DNA of 62,571 nt, filler included, from Choristocarpus tenellus KU-1152 (lineage: Eukaryota > Protista > Phaeophyceae), in the NCBI GenBank assembly GCA_964200185.2. It is 11 parts of 11 records of this genome, joined end to end, with 100 filler letters (N's around TTAATTAATTAA, not from the genome) between each part and the next. Parts side by side here need not be neighbours in the genome. Positions count along the whole stretch, not along the records: positions 52,183 to 56,187 come from CAXNAD020016705.1; positions 56,288 to 59,805 come from CAXNAD020019495.1; positions 59,906 to 62,571 come from CAXNAD020025818.1; 8 more parts are not named here. One strand, written 5' to 3'. The notes under the pieces were generated by a model that was not told the origin of the DNA, ran no database searches, and saw only the letters and a list, made by a program, of their open reading frames with translations. Shown here one piece after another: positions 52,272-62,571 of the stretch (position 1 is its first letter; every line of letters starts with the position of its first letter). The position numbers and the translations under genes were made by a program.

Positions 52272-52528
52272 GAGCCAAATTATCTTAGAGGGTAGTGCCG
52301 TGTCCGTTTGGGGGTCAAAATCCAATGTTATGATTTTGATGTAATTTTTCCTATCGTGTTTGTTAGGAAGTGCCAATATCCTTGTTCCAGACACACCTTT
52401 TCATAACGTACATATTTACCTACTCCGAAACATTTTGGATTAAGGAAATGTTATAAAAAAAAACATGGGAGGCCAAGCACTAAGGGGACAAACAGGGCAA
52501 AACTCGTACCTCTAAGATACTTTCACTC
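52272..52528 (+). mobile_element. MITE subfamily B, complete
   Basis: GAGCCAAATTATCTTAGAGGGTA ... TACCTCTAAGATACTTTCACTC; the 4-bp TSD GGAT is restored once the adjacent A copy is removed. Confidence 0.92.
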
Positions 52529-52529
52529 G

Positions 52530-52715
52530 GGCTCAAAGTATCTGGGAGGGGGTGGCGGCAGTCCATTTGGGGTCAATTTTTTCATATCGCGATTTTCGGG
52601 TGATTTGGTTGCATACGTTGGATAGATAATAATGTAAATGCACTTTTCCCGATTTTGACCAAATGGACACCCTGGTGTAACCCCCCCCCCCCCCCCCCCC
52701 CAGATACTTTGGATC
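52530..52715 (+). mobile_element. MITE subfamily A inserted at the right terminus of the B copy
   Basis: GGCTCAAAGTATCT ... AGATACTTTGGATC; 3-bp TSD TCG/TCG (52527-52529 and 52716-52718). Confidence 0.93.
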
Positions 52716-52832
52716 TCGGATGAATTTCTTCATTCGAGCGCCTCAATGAATGACCACACAGTTTATATCCATCACAGTCTGCTCTGAATAAAACATGTCA
52801 CAGACGCGTACCAGTACATATTTTTCACTCCA

Positions 52833-53088
52833 GAGTGAAAGTATCTTAGAGGGTACGAGTTTTTCCCTGTTTGTCCATTTGGGGCTTGGCTTCCCATGTT
52901 TTTTTTAAGGACATTTTCCTACTCCAAAATGTTTCTGAGTAGCTAAAATGCTTACGTTATGAAAAGGTGAATCTGGAACAAGGATATTGACACTTAACAA
53001 AAATGATAGCCAAAATTACATCAAAATCGCAACATCGGATTTTGGCCCCCAAATGGACGCGACTCTACCCTCTAGGATACTTTGACTC
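52833..53088 (-). mobile_element. MITE subfamily B, complete, inverted relative to the 52272 copy
   Basis: GAGTGAAAGTATCTTAGAGGGTAC ... TACCCTCTAGGATACTTTGACTC; 4-bp TSD TCCA/TCCA. Confidence 0.93.
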
Positions 53089-54994
53089 TCCAACCAAAGT
53101 CAGGTTGAGCAAGACATCCCTTCAGGCGCACCAGACCGAACCCGCAGGTGTCTTGTTACACTATGACACACACTTGCCTCTAATAATCGTGTTAATCACA
53201 GCACAACCAAACATACCTTCACATCAAACACTGTCTGACTGCATACAACATGTCATTAGACCTACCAGAACAAATTCATCAGTACTTTTTTGCGCAATGC
53301 TCTCCTTCGTTACAAACCAGACACTCCACAACAGCACACAACCCATACGAAATCAGGTTTCAACAGCTTATGAGCCTCAACACTTGATTGACAAATACAC
53401 TACAATACATTCACCCGACCTTGTCTTGTACTACCACCACCAACTCTTCACCACACTAGATAACCCCACTGAACCGCCATGGAATGCCAGCTAACACCAT
53501 TTCCCCTCGCGATGCCTTCCCTTGAAACGCGTCTGCACTCTGTGTTGTGAGCACCTGGAGCTGTGTGGCTCGTCGGGCCCATCGAGATTTATCCAGTGCA
53601 CTTCCCGTCCTTCCACCACTACCACTCCACCCCCCACTGAATACGAGGAGCATAGAGACCAGTCGTTCGGCATCCCCCTTGCTACCTGCTGTTGACGTTC
53701 GAAAGACCTTGGTGGACTCCAGCAGAAGGACGAAACTCACATGAACAATGGCTTGTCAGCATGGCAGCCCCTGAGGTCCACGGATGAAGTTGTGATGGAA
53801 CAACGGATTTGTGCTATTCATCACCGGTTCCAGCTTTGTACTATGGACACTGGCGAGGATCCTGACCAGTGACTCACACGCCTCTACAAGGCTAAGAGCT
53901 GAATTGGGGACCCCTCAGCCTTCCTTCCACTGCCCGAGCTCACCACTGCCGCTACATCCCTCTGTCCCCACCATCCTAAGCCACCACCTCTCTCACCATC
54001 CCACGCCCCTGCCACACTCCTTTACGCTTGGTAATCCTACCACATGACACCTCCGCACCCTGATCGAGAACGCCAAGCACAACATCGACACCCTTGCTCA
54101 CCATCCATCCATCACTCACCACCACCTACTTCCAATCACGCCCAACCACACACCCCCAGTACAAGACACACCCACAACCAACCCCACCTCAATCATATCT
54201 GATCCTGGCTGCACAGTTCCATTGCCAATCCTCCCCTTTATCCGTACCACCCACCACCCCTTATCAAACCCCTTTTCCATGCCCATCCTATCACTGCCTC
54301 TAGCATAGGGAACCTCCATCTCACTACAGATTGGCCAGCCACCTTCACAAGACTGCTGCAACAAAACACATCACGACCTGCCCCCATTGTCCTTCACTGC
54401 CCTGCTGTCACCTGTATATAGTCATCATATGTACTCCACATGTTCCATGGCGACTACTGACTGGACTGCAGTGATTAATCACACACACACTTACTGGATA
54501 ACAATGACAAGACACACACATTCCGGAGCTTGGACGCCTTGTACTGCTTGGACTCCTCCCTGTGTCTCCCAATCCTATCGCCGACTGACCCCAAAATTCC
54601 CATACGCGCCCTCCCGGCTTCACCTACCAACTCCACCACCCCACACACCTACCTACCTACCCCCCCCGTAATAACTGCCCTGGTCTATCAGTCCATCCTG
54701 ACCTGGCACCACCTCAATGACTGGGGCCTCCACCATCGTCGCACCATCCATCCCACTGTCATTACTATCCATGCCACTGACCGTATCCATCAATGCCCTT
54801 CGGCAGCCCCAACAATTTCCAACACATCTCCACCCCCATTCACATAACAATTTACGCATTCCAACCCCCATCCACATAACATTTTACACACCAAAACCCC
54901 TGCCCAAGTCACACACCATACGCACCATATCCCCTACCTAAGTCACATTATACACACCACAACCCCTGCCCAAGTCCACACCACACACACCACT

Positions 54995-55225
54995 GAACCT
55001 GGTCAAGATCCATACCATGGCATGCTCAAGAAACACCTTCATAACAACCACACATCCTGCTCAAGACTCCGACTACCCACCACAAATCCCGCTCAAGACC
55101 ACCACAACCCACCACGAATCCTGCTCAAGAGTCCCTCTACACACCACATATCTTGTTCAAGATTACTACCCACCACACATCTTGCTCAAGACTCACACTA
55201 CACACCACTCACCCTGCCCAAGACC
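54995..55225 (+). repeat. Degenerate tandem repeat with core (C)CTGCTCAAGA, period about 25-32 bp
   Basis: The core recurs about 8 times, separated by CAC-rich related spacers. Confidence 0.75.
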
Positions 55226-55237
55226 ATCATCACCACC

Positions 55238-55290
<53 letters not shown>

Positions 55291-55404
55291 AAACAAACCC
55301 CCACCCCCCCCCCAACTTTACACTACTTCCCACAAAAAAATAATGACCCCAAACCTCAGCCACACCATCATCAGTCACATCATTGCCATAACCTACACCA
55401 ACCT

Positions 55405-56080
55405 AATCTGACACGTATTAAAATAAGCTAAAATGTATATAACTGCACGCCAATGTGTGACTCTGGGGTTACTACTGTACTTAGAATCCTCACGAACTGC
55501 ATTTGTAACGTCTAGTCTTGTCAGAACAGCTGCCCACGCCAAACTACCAGCTTCCTCTCTGTACGGTGTATATTTATCAACACTTGGATGGTCCTCACTT
55601 CTTGTCTGAAGCCCTTGAGAGATCATGTGGTACCATCCGCTTCTTTACCCCATCCATAGCAAATCTTTGACAAATGCTCTTAACGTACTTGTTCTGACTG
55701 ATTCTTTGACTGTCTGCGCAATTCTGTCATGAGAAACCTCACAACCCATATAGTACTCAAGATCGCCAAAGTCTCCTATAAGAGGCTTCGTTGTTACCTT
55801 GGCTGGCAAGGGTTTCCGTATATGGTTTTAACTCTGTGTGTATTACATCCATTTGTACGTCAGGGGCACTAATCGCAGAGTGAGCTTGATGCACTCTGAG
55901 GGGGTAATGACAACCAATGAAAAAGTAATAACCAACAATTAACTTGCATCTGGGTTCTTCTCCTGATAAAAGAACACAGATGACAGACATCAACAAAGAG
56001 AAAAAAACAGAAGGTAATGTTCGATTAGACTCTTCCAACTCTATCGGACAGTTACGTGGACAGTTACAGAGTAACGGAAC
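55405..56080 (-). mobile_element. Decayed Ty1/copia reverse transcriptase fragment
   Basis: PYREEAGSLAWAAVLTRLDVTNAVREDSKYSSNPRVTHWRAVIYILAY matches the copia RT C-terminal pattern (YR..vGSL.......RPDI..AV..l.....nP...HW.A.kRil.Y); upstream DLEYYMGCEV corresponds to the yyLG.E motif; frameshifts present. Confidence 0.82.
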
Positions 56081-57008
56081 AATCAATTAGTGGTTGAGTT
56101 ATCAGAACCTTTTACTAGTGATTAGTTGAAGGAGAATCTTTCAACTATAAAAGGAAATATTTCTGATATTATGGGGACTTGCATGCCNNNNNNNNNNNNN
56201 NNNNNNNNNNNNNNNNNNNNNNNNNNNNNNNTTAATTAATTAANNNNNNNNNNNNNNNNNNNNNNNNNNNNNNNNNNNNNNNNNNNNGGGGTGGGGTCAA
56301 GTCAAATGGTGAGTAGTGGCACACCAACAGGTTCTACTCTCTGTTTCTTCTTTCCCTCTCTTGCATGCACTCAACCAAAAGAAGTAGCAAAAAAAATCTT
56401 CTCTATATTAATTTCCACATCATTTTTCTTTTCACATAAATTTTCACTTTTGTTTTGGGGTTAGGGCTATAGGGTTAAAGCGGGCGGGGGATGGGCAAAC
56501 AAACAGCACCGGATGGGATGAACACGCAAAATGCATTGGCAGGCTGTTTGAATTGCCCAAAAAGCAGCGGAACAATGTAAGCATGTGTGCACAGGGCGGG
56601 GGAGTTGGGCGGAAAGCAAATGGGCACATATCATGGTACGTGGATAAGGGCCTAAGGTCCTACTACCGTACTTTTTACCCTCAAAAGTGTAACAACCCTG
56701 CCAGGAGTTATAGACAAAGCTGCTGGTCGAAGTGTAAGGCATCCATCCACACCCTTACAGAGGTGGCTATTATTATTTTCACAACTTAAAGCTTCTACCT
56801 CGATCAACTTTTCTATCACCCCAAGAGCTATTATCGTAATATCAATGAACAGGAAATAACTCCGTATCCCTTATTGCGTCATCTACTCCAAAAACAAAAA
56901 CAACTACTTACAATACTCCCCCCCCCCCAACACACACACACCCTCTCCCTCCTCTTTACCTCTACACACCACTACACTTGACTCATCAACTCAACATCAT
57001 CACCTCAC

Positions 57009-59664
57009 CTCTGAGTGCAGGAGGGATGTACTTCTTGGGCTGTTGCTCTTCAACAACACGCTTCTCCTCCTTCTGCTCCTTGCGTTCCCTGGCTGCTGCT
57101 GCGAGGACGCTGTGAGGCTCTGCGTCCATCCCAAACTCCAAGCTCAGCTCCAGGGCCTCCTGCCACAACAAAAAGAAAATTCAGAAGTCAACCGTTGTTA
57201 ATAGTACAATCATTTGTTGATTATCCCCCCCCCCCCCCCCCCCCCCCACTCCCATATGACAAATAAAAAAACACAAACAAACAACAAAACACCCCCACCA
57301 CACNNNNNNNNNNGCGACTGGGCCTCCCGGCAGAAAAAAAAGAAAATTCAGGAGGCCAGCGGTGGGGATATTAAAAATATTTGTTGGTTAACCCCCCCCC
57401 CCCCCCCCTAGAATGTCATGATCAATCATAAAAACACTTACAGGAGTACTATGACTCACAACACAACCCTAACCCTAAACTAAAATAGCAAACAGAGCCA
57501 CTAAAGTGTCAACACACCACCACAAACAGAACCAATTGTATTGATGGTGGAGCTTATCCAATATGCTGCAACTACAGATGGTGTATTGGAAGGCTTTCAC
57601 TGTAAGAAAAACAAACTACGGTCGAGGCATTCGTTACACCCTTCCTTCGCCTTCCACGTTTCTTCTCCTTCCCTTCACTACAGCATCTCCAAAATGCAAT
57701 TGAAAACATAATACTATAATACATACATTACATAGTACAGGCCTATACATGGCAACCATTGTACCCACATCCAGGACTTGATCCCCCAAAAGTCAAATTA
57801 AAAAATCATGACAAGAAACAACAGGAACAATTCACCATGTGATAGACAAAACAAGAGAATTAAAACAGGGGCACATGGGGGATTGCATCATGTCCAAGCC
57901 ACCAACAAAATGTTGGGTACAAGGAGAGAGACAACCTGGAAAGAGTTGGGACCCGTGGCCAACAAAGGAAATGGTAGTGAAAGGTCCACAACACTACATA
58001 CTCAACCTGCTACACATACACACACCAACTCAACACGGTTCACACACTACCTACATACACACAACAATTCTTTTTTTCTTAGTAAAAAGAAAAACTCAGA
58101 CAAAAAAATATATATACAAGGCAATAATCCCCCCCCTTACACAATATCGACCACATCGTGATCGCCTCCACAAACGCAAAAGCATACCTTGGAAACTCCA
58201 TTGCTTCCAGTAATAAGGTCATCCTCCGAAGACGAAGACCCACCGTCCTCCATTTCAACAGCAGTCACCACCATGAGGGAAGGGGGGTCGTCCTCATCCT
58301 CCAAATCATCCATATTGTGCAAGGCCTCACTGCAACCCATCACTTCATGTGAGGGTGGGCCTCGGGAGCTGACAGGATTGTTGTACGGCGAACGGGTTGG
58401 GTTGGGATGGGCCGAGGGGGGAGTTCAGGAACAGTGGCGGCAGGTGAGACTTGATAGGGAAAAGATCAATACGAGTAGCCAAAACCAAGACAACAGCACA
58501 GTAGATTGAGCATAACATAACATAACATAACACAACATAACACAACACAACACACTGTAAACAAAACACAAGATTGTCATTAAAAAAAGTCACCAAAAAA
58601 AACAAAAAAGCACAAACCAGTACATACCAAGCACCAAAGAGTAGCAATCCTAACCCCTAACCCTAACCCCCCCCCCAAAAACAAAACAAAACAGACACAA
58701 AAACACAGGACGTTTCACCAAGACACACACCTACACTCCGCAAGAAGAGTAAATCACAGTATAAAACAAAAAAGAGAGACAAAATCAACCAAAGCACATC
58801 GATCACATGTTAAAACCAACTCACAGCACAACAGACAGAAGTCAACAAAAATATAAAAAATAAAAATAAGAACACACACATTTCAACACATTCCCTCTTA
58901 CCTGCTCGACCCCCCATCCCCCGCAGCAGACTCCCACACACCCAGGCAATCCAAGTCACCATCGTCATCCTCAATATCTGAGAAAACACCAGTATCGCCT
59001 GCTGTCCCTGAACCCAGAAGCACCGAGCCTAGGAAATCTCCCATGCTACCAATACTGGGAGTCCTACTGGCACCCCTACTACTTCCAACCCCCACATCAT
59101 CCAATGTCTTATCCCACAAGCCATCAAACTGGAGTTAGGGGGCAGAGTAAAAAAAGAAGAGGTAAGTGGGGGAATGGAGGCGTTTGTAGACCGGAAAAGT
59201 GAAGCACCTACATTTTTTTTTTGCTGTGTCATTTGTGTGAACAAAACGGTCGGGGGGGGGAGTTGAATGTTGAGATTCCAACAAGTCACTACTCTGGGGC
59301 ATGGGGATAGGTGGACCAAAATAACTGACTGCCTCAGGGGAATAAACACTATTATCAGTACCTCACAAAGGGAAGGGGGGGGGGGGTAGGTTAAGGAAGG
59401 GAGTTTGTATAATCTCCTTTGCATTCGACACGTACATATCAAGCAATTTACTAGTAGACGAAACTCGACGTAACATAAGTTATGACCACTACCTACTCTC
59501 TCTGACTTGAAAAGTGTACCCAGTCATTGAAGCGGACAGAAGGCGCCTTGCCAAAGTCATTACAAACTCCCTCGGTTCTTTGTTGGAGATATCAATTTTG
59601 TCAACAAAAAAGAGAAAAATATCCTCGAGAGTACAGGCAGCAAACATATGAACCATCCAATGAT
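57009..59664 (-). CDS. Multi-exon hypothetical acidic/low-complexity protein, partial. Exons approx. 59507-59664, 58902-59128, 58188-58368, 57009-57159
   Basis: Four phase-consistent GT-AG exons: DHWMVHMF...GYTFQ / FDGLWDK...GGSS / SRGPPSHE...GVSK / EALELSL...KKYIPPALR. No family recognised. Confidence 0.65.
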
Positions 59665-59905
59665 CTGCTACAACAACACAACCAACAATCCTCTCCCTCA
59701 AAAACAAACAAATACATACACCACAACCCCCACCACCCCACCCCCCCCCCCCCCCCCCCCCCCCAACACCACCACAACCCCCCCCCCCCACACAACCAAA
59801 CCACCNNNNNNNNNNNNNNNNNNNNNNNNNNNNNNNNNNNNNNNNNNNNTTAATTAATTAANNNNNNNNNNNNNNNNNNNNNNNNNNNNNNNNNNNNNNN
59901 NNNNN

Positions 59906-59959
59906 CGAAAAAAGGGTGAAAAACGGACGCTGGCACCCCCCCCCCAGATACTTTGACCC
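59906..59959. mobile_element. MITE end, subfamily C
   Basis: GGGTGAAAAACGGACGCTGGCA, poly-C, AGATACTTTGACCC. Confidence 0.82.
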
Positions 59960-62549
59960 CAATGGGACATGTTCCTAAACAAGGAAGAACAGAACCATGA
60001 GCAGCACTATTGCATCAAGTCAGTGGGGTTTGATTGAGGGCAATGTTAACGAGTTCTTTGCTTTAATGCTTATGTTGCATTTGAAGCGTGTCTGTCTTCT
60101 AGAACTGATTCTTCCGAATAGACCCAATGAAATCAGGCAGATAACAACCTTCGCTGCCCAAAGTGAGTCCAGGAGCCCAGCAGTAGTGTGCATCAGGTGA
60201 CCACCACCAGAAATCCTGGTGAGGTCAACTTGTGAACGGCAGGAAACAAAACTTTGGTAGTTACCCACGCGTTTTTCCTTCTGCCTTTAACCATCTGTTT
60301 ACTCTAATGACTCCATGCGTTTCTAGGCTTTGTTTCGTAAGGAAACTGTAGTAGACCAGTTCCTGCTGGTCCTGAGACCCAACTTGTGATGCGGAGTGGT
60401 AAACTTATAGACCTAACCCCGAAGTTAACGAATCTAAAACTTCAGCCCATACATTTGTACAACAGAAAATGATTCCTCGCAAAACACTCAGATTTTGGTA
60501 GAAGTAGTATGTGCTGGTCGATATGGTATTAGGACTACAGTATTTTGATAAGAGGTTTTTCATGGAGAACATTCAACACCATTCAGAACACGGGTTATCT
60601 CTACAATTCAAACATTTGCACAGGGTTGCTGAGCATCCCGTTTATCATGTAGTTTGGAGGAGTTTTCAATTAGAGCAGCAGGAAACTATTGACCGCTATC
60701 AAGAAAAGCTACAGATACTCCCACCTGTAAAGTTCACACATTCACATGTAGAAAATATATCAACATTCTGTGTATTGGTTGGTCCTTTGGTTGGCAGGGA
60801 CAGCAGGAACTGCAGGAATTGCAGGAATTGCATTATCATGGCCATTTTGTTAAACCCTATAAGGGAGTTACACTTGGCAAATTGCAGCCGTTGAAAGGTC
60901 CTACCCAATCTGTTTTTCACGAGGAATCAGAAGATCACCTCACACATTTGTTTGTCTGGTGGGAAAACTTCTTCATAGCAAATACCCGAAAGATGTAATT
61001 TCTTTTTTGGTTAGCAACCCACGATATCAACAAACCTGTTTTGAATTGTGTTAATTGTATGATAGTAGAGATATATATTGATATTATATATTGATATTAT
61101 ATATTGTTCAGCTGACCATAGCCAAAAAGGATTATATCAATTTTCCTTTTTTTTTGTCTTAGGTGTAGAGTTATCCAACTCCGGACGAGGTAGTAGTGAG
61201 CCATCCTCCACCGCATGGGCGGCTCTACCTTTCTAGCCTTCCAGCAGACAACTGTGTCCAACGTATTGACTACCATATTGTCCAACGTAAAATATTCTAG
61301 AACATATATTCAGAACTATTCTACACACCACATGTTCCAAACCCATGGCTCTACTCCAACAGTTACAGTGAAATTTATATGAATTTGACGTGCAAAAGCC
61401 TTGATTCTTCCCCCTCAAAATGTACATTGTATCACACAAGTACTCAAGCACATCTATACATTGACTTTTTTCACTGGTCACTGATATGTTGCCAATGGTG
61501 TATTGGTCGAAACAAGGGCCTTTCAAAACAACAGTTATTGTAATCAAGGGGATAGAGGAGCTGGGAGGAAGATCTGTGTGTGGGGTTGTGCCTCTCATAA
61601 CAAGTGTGCAGCAACAATACATATCGTTGATTTTTTCCATGAAATATGCTGATACGATAACGATACCGTTATCTTTGCCACAGTAGTAAGAAACAGTTGA
61701 GGAAGGAATTTCGAAGGTTCGGAATGGGATTGCAAAAATGTAAGTTGGTCCAAAAACGATTTAGAGTATAGTTGTGGTTGTATTTTAATGTTCATGGTAC
61801 AGCATCTCTAGTGTATATTTACAACGAAAATGGAACTAAGGAAGATTGCACATTCTAGATGAGGTTGAGATTGAGTATGTCATCTCAGAGTGGGTCATAT
61901 ATCAGATACCAACATAAAACCAGTTGATAAAGTATGGTTTGATTTGGCGCTGCAGTTAACAATGATGACAACATGACCCTTCCATAGCTATCCACGAGAA
62001 AGAAGGGTTTTCTAAACCATTCTTGTGCATAGCAATATGTAGGGACACCAAGCACAGTAACGGCAAAGCAAGCACATGTGTATCAAAGATCTTGGGTAGC
62101 CAATCCCAAAGACTTGACCTGCTATATAAAGGTTAGTAGCAATTTGATGAGTGCTGAGTCAAAATTACATCAAGGTCCCGCAGACAAAATGTATGGCTGC
62201 AAGAAGGTTGAGCAAAAATGCAATGTTGCTAAGGTCATGTGATGATGGTGTGATTATCAGAGACACCCTCAAGGAATAGAATGTATGTTTTGCTTTTGAT
62301 GCAAAATTAAAATTAAAATTGACATACATGGCCAAGTACAAAAACTCCTCAATGCAGCTTACACACAGCAGTTGTAATAAATGACGCTGGTGTAGTAATA
62401 TACTATCGAGTTCAAACTATCATCCTTCTGTGGAATAAAATTGAGATATAATATATGTACTCTGTACTTTTACTTGCACATAAATTGGTATCATGTGGGC
62501 ATACGCTGTGGATGCAATAGAATGGAAACTTATCAGTCCCACGACATGG

Positions 62550-62571
62550 GAGTCAAAGTATCTGAGGGGGG
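62550..62571 (+). mobile_element. MITE end at the window edge
   Basis: GAGTCAAAGTATCTGAGGGGGG. Confidence 0.8.

Overview
Eukaryotic, intron-rich, repeat-rich genomic DNA. It is not one locus: about 11 short contigs are joined by artificial N44-TTAATTAATTAA-N44 linkers, so nothing can be inferred across a linker. Gene content and style (GT-AG introns, a flagellar-type RIIa D/D protein, dispersed TTAGGG) suggest a flagellated stramenopile, possibly a brown alga or relative; this is inference only. Hand-spliced gene models with consistent exon phases: a GT31 galactosyltransferase (+), a PHD-finger protein (-), a small RIIAD1-like protein (+), a DUF3605/GIG1-like HxH protein (-), a coiled-coil plus WW protein (-), and two hypothetical multi-exon genes (-). 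There is one tRNA-Ser(AGA), two decayed RTE-like LINE fragments and one decayed Ty1/copia RT fragment. The most striking structure is a group of short non-autonomous DNA transposons: 16 copies or fragments in at least 3 subfamilies. They share a 14-bp end GRSYSRAAGTATCT and a subterminal GTCCATTTGG box. Their target-site duplications are 3 bp or 4 bp, one copy is inserted precisely at the end of another, they mark 8 contig edges, and a 13-bp minisatellite matches their subterminal motif. No autonomous transposase for them is visible in the window.
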